A stretch of 64,000 nucleotides of DNA, taken from positions 135,711 to 199,710 of the forward strand of contig JALHPE010000001.1 in assembly GCA_022842645.1 (NCBI GenBank). The letters are read 5' to 3'. Below are positions 36,859 to 49,700 of this stretch, in pieces. This stretch comes from Minisyncoccota bacterium (GTDB lineage: Bacteria; Patescibacteriota; Minisyncoccia; Phycocordibacterales; UBA2100). Under the pieces are notes generated by a model. That model saw only the letters and a list, made by a program, of their open reading frames with translations, ran no database searches and was not told where the DNA came from. How positions within the stretch are numbered: the first letter of the stretch is position 1; every line of letters starts with the position of its first letter. The position numbers and the translations under genes are program-made.

Positions 36859-38205
36859 TTATGAATGCGCTCCGAGAAGTTCGTTCGCGCGGATGATGTA
36901 GCCGCCTTGAGCAATCAGTTTCTCTAAATGTCGCGCTATTTTCCCTGCCGCATCTTCGTCGTAGGCAGCGCCTCCAAGATGCTCGGGAAGCGCAAGTTTT
37001 TCTTCAAACTCTGCAGCGTTCGTGATACCTCCCACGCGATCGGCGACCGCATCGCGGAGTATTCCGATCTGCACAGCGGTTGAGGTAATGCCGATCTCTT
37101 CTTTGATGTAGTAGAGGAGGTGGTCGATGAATTTTCTTTGGTGGAGAAAGAGGTTGTCTGAATGCACTTCCGCGCGAAACTTTTGGACGTCCTGCGAATA
37201 GTGCACGAGGGCAAAGACACGATTCATAACCCCCGTCGCCTCATCCATGTGCATTCCCACGCCGCCCGCATGCACGCTCTTCATCAGAAATTCCATGAGG
37301 AGGTTTTCGTCCATGGTGCCGGCCAAGACCTGTAAGACCGCCTTCTCAAGCCGCTCGAGTTGCGTGAAGCCGATTGTTTGCGTCGCAAAATTCACAATGC
37401 TTTTTACCTTGAGCTCCATCGGTTCCGCATACGGATACAGACGTGCGAGCTGTTCGATTTCCGTCACAATGGTTTCCCCCGGCTTTGTGCGCTTCACTTG
37501 TGGCTTTTCAGGGTTCACCACAATGCGGCGTAATTCCCCATCGCGCATATAGAAGACGCGGTGCGCATACGGAAGATATTTTGCGTCGTGCGTGACGAGA
37601 ATTACCGTCTTTCTGTCTTTTTCGTTAATTTCTTCAAATGAATCCATAACGTGCTCGGCGGAGATAGAGTCGAGGTTACCAACAGGCTCGTCGGCAAGGA
37701 GAATCTCCGGATCGTTAATCAAGGAGCGCGCCACCGCAACACGCTGCTGCTGACCGCCCGACATCATGACGGGTGTTTTGTTCTCAAGGCGCTCAGGGAT
37801 ACCAAAACGACGCAGGAGTTCTTGCCCTCGTGCGTTCCGCTCCTGCACGCCCTTGTTAAGGAAGATCATCGGGAGCGCCACGTTGTCCAAGACGCTAATC
37901 GAAGTGATGAGGTTAAATTGCTGATAGACGATGCCGATCACGGCTTGTTGATAGCGATTCATTTCCGCCGGTGTGTAGGCATAAATATCTTCACCCTTAA
38001 CATAGAGGTGCCCGGTGTCGGGGACGTTACCGCCGAGAATGGTATAGAGGAGTGTGGATTTACCACACCCCGAAGGACCAAAGAGGATGATGTATTCGCG
38101 CGGATAGATCTCGACGTTAATATTTTTAAGCGCATTAAATTCGTTTGACTTCCCCTTGTTATAGGTAATCACGAGATTTTCTGCCTGAATCGCTGCTTTT
38201 GCCAT
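36859..38205 (-). CDS. ABC transporter ATP-binding protein (MacB/LolD-type) with ~220-aa C-terminal extension of unknown function
   Basis: Walker A GPSGCGKST, signature MSGGQQQR, Walker B LLADEPVGNLD, H-loop VTHD. The extension has no recognisable motif. Confidence 0.85.
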   Translation of the reverse strand: MAKAAIQAENLVITYNKGKSNEFNALKNINVEIYPREYIILFGPSGCGKSTLLYTILGGNVPDTGHLYVKGEDIYAYTPAEMNRYQQAVIGIVYQQFNLITSISVLDNVALPMIFLNKGVQERNARGQELLRRFGIPERLENKTPVMMSGGQQQRVAVARSLINDPEILLADEPVGNLDSISAEHVMDSFEEINEKDRKTVILVTHDAKYLPYAHRVFYMRDGELRRIVVNPEKPQVKRTKPGETIVTEIEQLARLYPYAEPMELKVKSIVNFATQTIGFTQLERLEKAVLQVLAGTMDENLLMEFLMKSVHAGGVGMHMDEATGVMNRVFALVHYSQDVQKFRAEVHSDNLFLHQRKFIDHLLYYIKEEIGITSTAVQIGILRDAVADRVGGITNAAEFEEKLALPEHLGGAAYDEDAAGKIARHLEKLIAQGGYIIRANELLGAHS

Positions 38206-38224
38206 ACCTTATTGAAAGCTCGAA

Positions 38225-38310
38225 ATACTAAATCCTAAATCCGAAACGGAATGAGGGGATTTATTTGTGATTTGTAATTTCATATTTGTTTAGAATTTAG
38301 TGCTTCGAAT
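38225..38310. promoter_or_regulatory. AT-rich intergenic region with long imperfect palindrome (AAATCCGAAA ... TTTCGGATTT; CTAAAT ... ATTTAG) between the Fn3 gene and the ABC operon
   Basis: Direct reading of inverted repeats in a strongly AT-rich 112-nt spacer inside a GC-rich gene array. Confidence 0.35.
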
Positions 38311-38317
38311 TTCGGAT

Positions 38318-39739
38318 TTATTTACCTATATTATTGACCCATCCGAAAGTGCCTTGGAAGTTCTCCAGAATAATATCAATAATGTTTTTCTCTTTAAACG
38401 GCGTGATTAAGACGAAATCTTCAGAGACCGATGAATTACGCGCTTCGTCTGCACACTCCACCCAGAAACGATACACAGTTGAGGGCGCGAACCCAACGAT
38501 CACCTTGGTGTGCTCCGTAGAAGGACTTACTTCGATGGGAAGTGAGTCCCCCTCTCCACTCCCCGCGGCGCCTTGTGCATAAAAGACCTGACACACGGCG
38601 GGCTCATCGGTTTCCCACGAGACTATGGTCTGAATTTTGGTGTCTTCGCCCGGAAAAAGTGTTGATTCGTTCTTCACCTTCGCAATCGCAGGAGGGATAA
38701 CGTCGCGAATGGTTATGAAGGTAAAGGGATCGCTCGAGAGCGTGTCACCACTTTCGTTGGTAGCAGTAATAACTGCGGAATACCGTGTGCCAAATTCAAG
38801 GTCGGCAAGACGAATACTATGATTCGAGGCATAAATAGGGCTGCCCACGGATTTTTTTGCATTGGTGCGTGTGTTCGTATATTCCACCACACCCTTTGCA
38901 ACCACATCTGGCGTTGCCCAGCTCACCACTGCTGAGTCTTCTTGAATGCGAGTCACTTTCGCGTCGGAAATGCGCGGGAGAAGGGAGCGTGTTTTGAAGG
39001 TATCATCGGCAGTTTCGGCGGCGAGTCCCACATCATCTTGTGAGACCACCTTAAAGTGATAGGTGGTTGCCGGTTCAAGCCCGATCACCGAGACGCTGTG
39101 CTTCGTGACACGCTCGGTCGCGTCTCCTTGAGTAATAGTGTAGGGATTTTCTGCACCGGCACGATAGCCGCTCTCTGGCGCAAGATAGACCGCAGAACCA
39201 GATTCGCGATCGGTCGTCCAGGTAATCTCCGCACTATTCGTATCAACCACAACTTTCGTCGCACCGAGAATCGTCGGTGGTTTCAAGATATCCCCGGCTT
39301 TATCTTTAAGAGCTTCGTCCACCTCTTTAATATCCTCCGGGTCTTCAAGTTTGTTGATGTCTTTGATGATGCGCTGCACGAGAGAGTCGTCGCCTGCTTT
39401 TGTGGTAAAAACGAACGCGCCCGTTGCTGCCTTGTTCCCCGCCGCGTCCGACGAGATGACGCGGAAGTGGTAGGTCGTCGCGGGATCGAGGTTATCCAGC
39501 GTGAGTGAGTGCTTATTTTTGTCGAACAAGGGGTAGCGCACAATCCCCACATTCGCATCGAGACCGTAATTGATGGTCGCATCGGTGTTCACATCAGTCG
39601 TCCACTCCACAACCGCTGAGCTATTGTTGACAGACACAACCTTCACGTCACTAATTTCTGCGGCAAACGTGTGCGCGAAGAAAAACAACACCGCAAGGAG
39701 TACAAGCAAAAGAGCACTCTTTGCACGCAGAGAGTTCAT
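38318..39739 (-). CDS. secreted protein with four fibronectin type III-like repeats
   Basis: Signal peptide. Repeated ATTYHFRVIS / ATTYHFKVVS / TRYSAVITA / TVYRFWVECAD motifs typical of Fn3 modules. Confidence 0.6.
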   Translation of the reverse strand: MNSLRAKSALLLVLLAVLFFFAHTFAAEISDVKVVSVNNSSAVVEWTTDVNTDATINYGLDANVGIVRYPLFDKNKHSLTLDNLDPATTYHFRVISSDAAGNKAATGAFVFTTKAGDDSLVQRIIKDINKLEDPEDIKEVDEALKDKAGDILKPPTILGATKVVVDTNSAEITWTTDRESGSAVYLAPESGYRAGAENPYTITQGDATERVTKHSVSVIGLEPATTYHFKVVSQDDVGLAAETADDTFKTRSLLPRISDAKVTRIQEDSAVVSWATPDVVAKGVVEYTNTRTNAKKSVGSPIYASNHSIRLADLEFGTRYSAVITATNESGDTLSSDPFTFITIRDVIPPAIAKVKNESTLFPGEDTKIQTIVSWETDEPAVCQVFYAQGAAGSGEGDSLPIEVSPSTEHTKVIVGFAPSTVYRFWVECADEARNSSVSEDFVLITPFKEKNIIDIILENFQGTFGWVNNIGK

Positions 39740-39761
39740 TACTCTCTAGTTTAGCATTCGC

Positions 39762-40106
39762 TTAGCGGCGGGCACGCACAAACCACGTGAGGATGAGGAA
39801 TACCCCGAGCACTATGAGTGTCGTGTGTGGAGCGTCATAGAAATAGTAAGTAGCGGGGCGTGTGCATGAGAGATAGTCGGAAGAATTGCCGTCGCAGTAG
39901 CGGCCGCTCTCGAATCCAAAGAAGCCGATAAGAAAGAGTGCCGTGCCGAGAAAAAGATCCGACTCTCGCGCAGCAATACTCGCCCGCACCCCAAGCCAGG
40001 AAACGAGCCTGTCGAGGAGATACATAATGAACATCCCCATAACCCAAAACCTATTGCGCACACGCCCTATAAATGTCTGTGATTCTTCCATGCCGCTATT
40101 GTACAC
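39762..40106 (-). CDS. hypothetical small integral membrane protein
   Basis: Three predicted hydrophobic helices. 114 aa. Confidence 0.3.
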   Translation of the reverse strand: MYNSGMEESQTFIGRVRNRFWVMGMFIMYLLDRLVSWLGVRASIAARESDLFLGTALFLIGFFGFESGRYCDGNSSDYLSCTRPATYYFYDAPHTTLIVLGVFLILTWFVRARR

Positions 40107-40127
40107 AGAAATACGTCTCTTGCCTCA

Positions 40128-40784
40128 TTATTCCCGCGCAGGTTCGCCGAGGGAGATGAGGGCTTTATCGACGCGTTCTCGGGCGGATTTGAGGCGTTCG
40201 TAGAGTCCAGCGCGAGTGTTGAATTGTTCCTCGACAAGCGGGAGTTCGCGGTTTAAATCTGCAGAATAGGCACTCGTGAGCTCTCCCCCATCCAAAATAA
40301 TACGGTTGAATATTTCTGCGGTGTGAAAATTGGCGCGATACGAGAGGCCGCGGATGTCGGCAATAATCGCAAACTCTTCCTCTGCGGCGGCGATAAGCTC
40401 CTTCGTCTCGTCACCTGCAGTGAATCCTCCACCCTTTTCTTCAAGATAGGTAATCGCCACTTGCACGCGATCACCTGCTTCCCCGATCGCATCAATCTGC
40501 GTCTCAACTTCTTTCAGAGCCTTCAAGCCCTCTTCAGCAAGAGCACGGCGTTCAGGAGGCGTGAGTGGACGCACCAAGACAGACGAGAGAATGGTGTTCA
40601 AGCGCTCACGCACAGGATTTTCTGGCACGCCGGGCACATACGCCGCCTGCAAATGCTCGAATGAGCGCGTGCTATATGACTCAACGGCGCGTGTACTATC
40701 CCCCGAGGAAATTCTAAGAAAATAGAACGCTGCGGCGGCGAGAGCGAGGAGCACTATAAGAATGAGAATGTATGAACGACGCAT
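40128..40784 (-). CDS. hypothetical N-terminally anchored protein
   Basis: TM ILILIVLLALAAAAFYFL then alpha-helical soluble domain. Immediately downstream of the giant gene. Confidence 0.4.
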   Translation of the reverse strand: MRRSYILILIVLLALAAAAFYFLRISSGDSTRAVESYSTRSFEHLQAAYVPGVPENPVRERLNTILSSVLVRPLTPPERRALAEEGLKALKEVETQIDAIGEAGDRVQVAITYLEEKGGGFTAGDETKELIAAAEEEFAIIADIRGLSYRANFHTAEIFNRIILDGGELTSAYSADLNRELPLVEEQFNTRAGLYERLKSARERVDKALISLGEPARE

Positions 40785-40787
40785 ATT

Positions 40788-43700
40788 TTAATCAGATGTT
40801 GCAATAAAGGTGTTGGTACCTGCGTGCAATGTTGCCGCCGTACCCGACGGCACGTTGATGCCCCAATAGAGCTCGTCAGTAATCGGCGTTGAAGTTGATG
40901 TCGGCTTCGGAAGATCGAGCTCGAGATTTGCGGCGGAGCCGGTCAAGAACTGGCAGATCGCACACGCGCTGTAGGCGAAGGTGGTGGTGGCAAACTTCTG
41001 CTCACCGACCGCGATCGAGCTTGAGCCGTCAGTCAGATTGGTACCCGAGAGCTGAATGTCGATATTGGTATTCCCCGTGTTGCGAAGCGTCGTCGTTGCG
41101 TTCGTGGTTCCCGTGTTTTGCCCCACTTCAAGCGAGCCAAAATTGATACCGCTCGTGTCGAGCGAGAGTCCGAAGAGCGTGAGCATCTCAACCCCAATTG
41201 GCGTTTCGACGTCGCTTGCGCCACTCGCGTCCGTCACCTGTACACGCGAGAGCCAGTTTTCTGCAGCAAAGGAACTACCCGCATCCGTCGCATCAGCAAA
41301 GTAATAGATAGAAGCGGAGCACGAAATTGTACATGAGTTCCCCGAACAGTTGGAAAGCGAGCAGATGGTCTCTCCTGGTGGATAACAACTATTGAAGTCA
41401 GCACTGCACTGCGGCCCAACGCCTGAACGATAGAACGTGGAGGTGGAGGAAAGAATGTCGGCGAAGCCGTTCAAGTCAGAAACAGTGCCGGTTGCTGAAA
41501 TGGTAGTTGTCGCGCCTTCGGTGAGCGCAATATTATTCGCGCCATTTAACGTGAATCCGCTGATTTGCGGTGTATGGAGGAGTACCGCTTCTGCCACCTG
41601 TGCGTAGTTGTCGAATGCAATACCACCGTTTGTGCTGCGGAAACAGTAGGAATTTTGCACTGCATTTGAAGTGAGCTCGAAGTTGTATTCGATTTCAGTT
41701 GCAGCGTTTGTGGGAACTGAGCTGCTTGCTGATTGGTTAGAACTATCTTCTACCATGCGCCCCGCGACAAAGCTCTTATTCGCCGGGTAGCTGAGGAGTC
41801 CTGCGGTCGTGTCTTGATCGACGAAATTCGATGACGACTTCATACACGCAGGAGAGCTTCCACAACTGCCGGCGACGGGGACGTCGTTGTAATTCACGCT
41901 CGGCACTGATTCGCAGTTGAGAGATGCTCCCTTCGGGGCGACTTGGAGGCGGAAAAGTTGTCCCGAAAGTGGCGAGCCAGTGTTGAGAACTGAGAAGCGG
42001 AGGCGAATATTCTGATTTATCGCTTGACCAAGAAGCGTTGCATCTTCGGCAGCTTTCCACGTCGCACCGTTTGATGATTGTTCAAGACCAACAATGTACG
42101 AAGGATCTGCGCTTATATATGGCCGCGTCATGTACGAATCCCAGCCGCCATGTTGACCCCAGAAGCCGAAGCCCGCGCCGCCGGATGTGTACGAACTATC
42201 CGTAGTCGAGGCAGTCGCAAAGAGTGTGCCGCTGTCGGTATACACATACGCCTCAATAGTGTTACCCGAGAGCCAATCAACCTCAACCTCATACCAGCCG
42301 GTAGTGTACGAAACAGTCGTCGAGGCAAGCACGGTGCCGCTGCCATCGTTTGAGGTGACGTTTTCAGCGATAATGAGACGATCGGACGGGAACTGATCGA
42401 GACACACGGCATAATTCTGCGCCGAACCTTGTACCGCAAAATAGGTGCACGGCTCATCGTCAAACGACGCATCAACGTATTGGAAGAAGCGAATCGTTTC
42501 GCCCTGCGCCATAAGAGAACCGGTGCGACGAATACCGCTTGTGGTGCGATCGTCGACGTTTGCTCCCGCATCGAGGCCATATGAGCCGTGCTTATTGAAG
42601 GACGTGTCCACATCAAACGTGCTGGTGTCGCCGCTGTATTCAGAAATGTTGTCGTCTTCAAAGTCATCGAAGAAGCCGAAGGTGCCGTCGCCGTCGGACG
42701 CGCTCGATGCGCTTCCGTTGCCGTAGTAGACATAGACGAGCGCAGAACCAGATGCAGGGAGAGACGGCACACGCACCCACACTGTTGAGGTCGCCGAAGC
42801 AGAAACACTCTCAACCCAGAACGGTACCGTCGTGGTTCCCGTTGAATCTGTGAAGCGTAGGTCATCAAAGTCTGCCTGCATGTCGGCGTCGTATGCAAGT
42901 TCAATCTTCACCGGAAGGTTGCTCACCGCGCTTGCAGCGTTGTTCGTGATCGCGATGCGCTTGCGCTTACTCCACGCGGCATTAAACCACTCACTCGTAG
43001 GCACTCCTTCGCCGCCATCGTCGTTCCTCCAGCGGAAGTGTTCCTGACTCACAAAAAGACACGCGCTGTCCGACCAACGAACTGCACCACAATCATCAAC
43101 TCCGTCTGAATCGTACGCTTCCCCATCGAAGTTGCCCTGGGAATCGATGAATGTCCATGCACTCACGGGGGTTCCTGTGCGGGTCACGTTCGTGCCAGAC
43201 GAGACACCGCTTGAGGTAGCAAAGCGCACATTGCTAATCTGTAGGCTCGCATTTGCATCAATTGCTGTTCCGGCAAGTGTGAGCATGGCACCACCCGTAA
43301 GATCGAGCTCGAAGTCACCGTTTGAAAGACTTGAAATGGTTGGTGTCCCGGAGATACTTACACCGCTTGTATTGGTATTACGGAATTCGTAGTAGCTTGC
43401 ATTCAGTGTCCCGCCAGCAAGAGAGAATGCATACCGCCCAGTTCCTTGGACACGCACCGTCGAAGTTGCCCCTGCTTGTCCCACGATCGCGAGTGTTCCA
43501 CCACTAAACGCCACACTCGAACTCGACGCCACCCGCACATCCACCTGGCGACCCGAGCCACCAAGCGCAGTACCATCGAAGTCGGTTGCATAGCTCCAGT
43601 AGTCAGCGCCAGTTGAGCGGGTGTATTCCCCCCAGATGAAGAGATCCCCATCTTGAGCAGCATGATCTTGCGAGTAGAGAGAACCAGTTGCGTTCACGTT

Positions 43701-46700
43701 TGTCGTTGCTGCTGAGGAGTTCCACATGCGTACATCGGTGTTGGAGGCAATAGAAAGCGTGCCGTAGGTGTCTCCAGTGTTTGCTTTCGTGTTGAGTGAG
43801 TAAGAAGTGCCTGAGACAAGGGAGAGGGTTGAACCAGTCCAGGTGGTGGCTGCACCACCCACGCTATTGGTGAAGGTGCCGCCTACTGAGAGCGTGGTGC
43901 CGCTTGCTTGTGTAAATGATGCGGCGCTCGTGAGCGTGAAGGCGCTTGTGGTGGTGGCGTTACTATTGATGGTCCAGCCGCCGGTGGCGCTGTCAAACGT
44001 CACGTTTGCGAAGGAAGAAGATCCAGGGTTAATCGTCTTCCCTGTGGTAGTGGCAGTGAGGCGGAGTGTGCCTGAAGGCGCATTAAATGTTCCCGCAGAA
44101 GCATTGAGGGAGCCGGTCATAGTAGTTGTGCCAACAGCGAGCGTGGTACTACCTTGCACCCACGTCATATCGTTGACAGAAACATTAGTATCAAGGAAAG
44201 CCCAAGATCCGGTTCCGTCGAAGCGAATGTTGTAGAACGCGGATGAACCAGCGCGAATGGTGCGATTACTTACCGAAGAAGTAAAACGAAGCGTGCCCGC
44301 AGCATTTGTAAAGGTTCCACCTTGCGCATCAAACGATGCGCCGAGTGCGAGCGTGCCCGACGGCAGCGTCACCACGCCGGCATTAATCGTGAAAGATGTG
44401 CTCGTCGCATTCGTATCAAGGAATGTCCAGCTTCCTGCCGTGCTGCTTGCGACAAGCAACGCAAAGTTTGAACCATTTGCGCGAATCGTCTTTCCTGTGG
44501 TCGTCGCATTCAAAACAACCGCGCCGTTGTTGTGCATAAACGTGCCGCCGGTATTTCCGAACGAGCCGCCCACCGTGGTTGTTGCCGTTGCGAGCGTCAC
44601 GGTGCCATTCGTGATTGTAAGGTCGCTCGCCGTAGTGATCGTACTCGTCGAGAATGACCAGTTACCACCAGAGCCGTTAAAGGTGAGATTATAGAAGCTT
44701 GAACTTTGAGGATTGATTGTCTTCCCTGTTGTTGTCGCCGTGAACGTAACGGTCGAGTTTGCAGCGGTAAATGTCGCACCTGAGTCAAGTTCGAAGTTGC
44801 CGCCAATCGTGTGTGTCTGTGTGCCCGCAAAAAGAAGTGATGCGCTTGATTTCACGCGGAGCGATCCGTCCCACGCGCTTCCGGATCCGCCGGACTGAAG
44901 CGTTATATTTCCGGCTGGCGCAAATGTCTTTGTGTCCCACACAATAAGTTTCGTTTCCGGCGGAAGGACAAGTGTGTCTGTCGCAGCATCGGTCGCATTG
45001 AAGATGATGTCGGTGTCGTTGTCGGAATCATAAACCGCCATGCTTGCGATCGTAAGAGGCGACGTGTCTTCATGGCGCACAATGACGCGATTCTCATAGA
45101 GATGCATGTCGCTAATGTTCGTTATTGGGTCGCTCGAAACATTTACTGCTTTCCGCCCGCCGTTCGTATCGAGATAGAGCGTCAGAGTATCTCCTGGATT
45201 AAAGAAGACACTGGAGAAATTAAATGCGCCTGTTCCTGCATTACAAGAAGACGTTTGCGGCGAGCCGCCTTCAATAAGAAGACGCACAACTGGTGTTGAA
45301 CCATCACACACCGTACTCACGGTCGTACCTTCATCGGAATACACATTACCCGTGATTGTAATGTCGGACGCACTGTCATCCCAGCGGAGGTAACCGGGGT
45401 CGCCTGCCGGATCGTCATCATAGCTCTCGCCATAGAGCGAACCATAGTGGAGATTAAATTTCCACGAGCTTGCTGAGGTGCCAGTGGCGCGCACGTTCGT
45501 GCCACTCGAGATACCACTTGAGGTTGCGAATCCAACGCGCATAAATGTTTTCAAAGGATTCGCGTTAATGACAGAGCCAGCAACAGTCATAAGGGAACCG
45601 CCATTCACACTAAGCTCGAGATAGCCATCCGCAAGCGCAGAAATTGTTGGTGAACCCGAAAGCGCAAGACCGTTTGCATCGAGATTTCTCAATTCGTAAT
45701 GCGTTGCACTCAAGGTGCCGCCTGAAAGCGCAAACGAGAACGCGCCTGAGCCTTGCACGGCGAGTGTCGTTGATGCGGTTGTGGTGCCAATGATGTCGAG
45801 AACGCCTCCGGTAAATGAAAGCGACGAACTCGACGCCACCCGCACATCCACCTGGCGACCCGAGCCACCAAGCGCAGTACCATCGAAGTCGGTTGCATAG
45901 CTCCAGTAGTCAGCGCCAGTTGAGCGGGTGTATTCCCCCCAGATGAAGAGATCCCCATCTTGAGCAGCATGATCTTGCGAGTAGAGAGAACCAGTTGCGT
46001 TCACGTTTGTCGTTGCTGCTGAGGAGTTCCACATGCGTACATCGGTGTTGGAGGCAATAGAAAGCGTGCCGTAGGTGTCTCCAGTGTTTGCTTTCGTGTT
46101 GAGTGAGTAAGAAGTGCCTGAGACAAGGGAGAGGGTTGAACCAGTCCAGGTGGTGGCTGCACCACCCACGCTATTGGTGAAGGTGCCGCCTACTGAGAGC
46201 GTGGTGCCGCTTGCTTGTGTAAATGATGCGGCGCTCGTGAGCGTGAAGGCGCTTGTGGTGGTGGCGTTACTATTGATGGTCCAGCCGCCGGCTGCATTAT
46301 TAATGGTGACGTTAGCAAACGAAGAGCCTCCGGTGCTTATTGTCTCCCCCGTATCATTTGAATTAAATGTGACAGTACCGCCCGAGTGTGTGAAGGTGCC
46401 ACTGTTTGTCCAACTACCCCCCACCTGGAGTGCGCCGGTGTTTGATGCAATGAATGTTGAACTGCTCCCAATCGAAAGATTGCCAGAAACCGTAATTGAA
46501 GGATCATTCGTGTTGGCCGTAAGCGAAACAGGATTTGCGCCGCCGATCGTGACCGAGCTCGCAGACAGAATGCCGCCCATAAATACGTAGGATGGTGTCC
46601 CGCCAACCGAAGGTGCGAGCGCGAGCGCACTGTAGGTGGTGTCTGCAATATTCGTTGTCGTTGTTCCTGTGTAGAAAAACGGCGCGCTTTGCACAGTGAA

Positions 46701-49700
46701 GGTTCCGGCGATTGAGAACGGCGTTCCACTTCCGGCAAGCACCCACGGTGATGTTCCCGCTTCAAGGGTGCGCCCGCTTTCAATGCGAAGCACGTTCGTG
46801 ATGGTCGTTGTACCCGTTCCAGCTTTTGTTGAACTTCCCGTTCCCGAGCCAAAGGTAAGATTGTTGAAAATCCAGGCCGACGAGCCACCAAAACTTCCCG
46901 CACCAAGCGTGAACGTGCCGCTCGTCATTGCAATTGTGCCGTTCCCGGTGACACCCGCTGCTGCAACAACATTCCCCGTTCCTGAAATAGTGCCACTTGA
47001 GATTTGGAACATGTTATTCGCGGTTAGCTGTGCTCCGTCGAACGACCATCCGCCACCGCCGTTGAAGACGAGATTGTTGAACGACATCGCTGAAGCGGCA
47101 TTGATGCTCTTCCCTGTTGTGGTTGCGGTAAACGTGAAGGTTGAACTTGCCGACGTAAACGTCGCGCCACTTTCAGTGACAAACCCACCACCAACTGAAT
47201 GTGATTGACTCCCCGCAGCGGTGAAGACCGCACTGGCGCCGAGTGCGAAGCGCCCATCGCGCGCGTCTCCCGAGCCACCTGATTGCAGGGTCACATTTCC
47301 GCCGGGCGTGAATGTCTTCCCACCCCACACATAGAGTTCGTTCTCAGGCTGTACGACAAGTGTATTTGGGCTCCCTGTTGCGGCACTGAAGAACACGTCT
47401 GAATCGTTATCGGCATCGTAGGAAACAAGGTCGGCAACGGAAATTGGGGTCACGTCTTCATGGCGAAGGATGAGTGCGCGCTCGTAGAGATGGAATCCTG
47501 AGAGGTTACCTGTTGGTGTCTTTGTTACCGTGACTGCGCGCTTCCCACCATTAGTATCAAGAAATGCGGTCAAGACAGCATCGCCTGTAAACTCAACCCC
47601 AGAGATACTGAAAGCGCCGCTTCCCGCGTTACAACTGCCGCTATATGTTCCGCCACCCACGGCGATTTTCACGACTGGTGTTGTGCCGTCACACGGCGCT
47701 CCGATCGCCGTCGTGCCGCGATCACTATACACATTGCCGGAAACCGTAATCGAGAAGCCAGAGTCATCAAAGCGCACAAACCCAGGATTCCCACCCAGAT
47801 CACTGTCATATGCCTCGCTCGCATAGTTACCATAGTGATTCCTAAACCACACGTAAGAAATTGGTGTCCCCGTTGCCGTTACGTTGAAGCCTGACGAGAC
47901 TCCTGTTGATGTTGCAAACCGCACTTGTTGAATTTGAAGTGCTGGATTTTGATTGATGGTGCCCTGCGAAAGGGAGAGCATAGTTCCGCCCGTAGACCCG
48001 AGTTCGAAATCGCCCTGGGCAAGCGAAGTGACCGTCGTGGTGCCGTAAAGACCGAAACCGTTTGCGTCAGTATTGCGCACACGGTAATACTGTGCGTTAA
48101 CCGTGCCTTGCACCGAAAGCGCAAAAGTGCCTGAACCCTGATTCGCAACAGTTGTTGAGGCGACTGCATCACCAAGCATGCGCAGTGTTCCACCAATACT
48201 TACACTTGCGCTCGGCGCGATGCGCACATTCGCGGCACGACGACTACCGCCAGAAAGAACTGTTCCATCGAAATCGTTTGCATAGTTCCAATACTCATCC
48301 GAGCCGACATATTCCCCCCACACATACAGATCCCCATCCACCGCCGCATGATCTTGTGAGTAGAGGGAGCCGGTTGCGTTCACGGTGGTGGTTCCTGCAG
48401 AGGAGTTCCACATACGGACGTCGGTGTTAGCACCAAGAGAGAGGGTGCCGTAGGTGTCTCCAGTGTTTGCTTTCGTATTGAGTGAGTATGAGGTGCCGGA
48501 GACAAGAGAGAGTGTTGCGCCAGTCCAGGTGGTGTTTGTTCCACCCACGCTATTGGTGAAGGTGCCTCCCACTGAAAGTGTGGTGCCGCTTGCTTGTGTA
48601 AATGATGCGGCGCTCGTGATCGTGAAGGCGCTTGTGGTGGTGGCGTTGGAGGAAACAGTCCAGCCGCCGGTGGCACTGTCAAACGTCACGTTTGCGAAGG
48701 AAGAAGATCCAGGGTTAATCGTCTTCCCTGTGGTAGTGGCGGTGAGGCGGAGTGTGCCTGAGTTGGCAGTGAAGGTGCCGCTTGTTGCAAGAAGCGAGCC
48801 ACCGAGTGAGAGTGTGCCGCCCGGAAGTGTTGCAGCACCGTTTTCGAAATTGAGATTATTTGCAACTGTCGCATTTGTGTCCACAAACGACCATGAGCCG
48901 GTTCCAGCAAACGTGAGTGTGTACACGTCTGAACTGTTGAGACGCACTGTTTGTGCACCCGAAGCAGTGAGACGGAGTGTGCCGTTATTATGCGCAAACG
49001 ATCCGCCATTTTTTGCAAACGAGCCGCCGACAGCAAAAGTACCCGAAGGAAGTGTAAGCGTCCCGTTCGAGATGGTCACATGTCGAGAGCTTGTTGCGTT
49101 CGCACTCGTGAACGACCACGAGCCAGTGCCGTCAAAGGCCATATCAAAAAACGAGGAGGAACCGGGTGTGATTGTTTTTGCTGAACTTGCATTGAAACGC
49201 ACCGCGCCGTTGTTGTGCATGAAGGTCGCCGCGTTTGAGAATGAGCCGCCGATGGTAGTAGTTGCAGTCGGAAGCGTCACCGTCCCATTCGTGATCGTGA
49301 AGTCGTTGGTCGTTGTGGCGACGCCTCCCGAAAACGCCCAGTTGCCGCCCGTACCGTTGAACGTAAGATTGTAGAAGCTGGAATTCCCGGGTGTGATTGT
49401 TCTGCCTGTAGTAGTTGCCGTAAAGGTGACGGTACCATTCTGCGCCAGAAACGCATTGTTGTTTGTCCAGTTACCGAGAACCTCAAGTGCGTAGTTATTA
49501 TCAACACTGAAGGTATCATCCGCGCCAATCGTAAGATCAGTAACTTTGGCCGCAGCACCGAGTGTGATTGTTTTACTGGTGCCATCAATAACCACGCGCC
49601 CCAGGTCTTGTTTTAGGGATGTGGAGTCAGTCCAGATACTTGTCCCCGTACCATCAAACGTGGTCGTTGCACTTCCCTTCGCAAAAACACCATTCGCACC

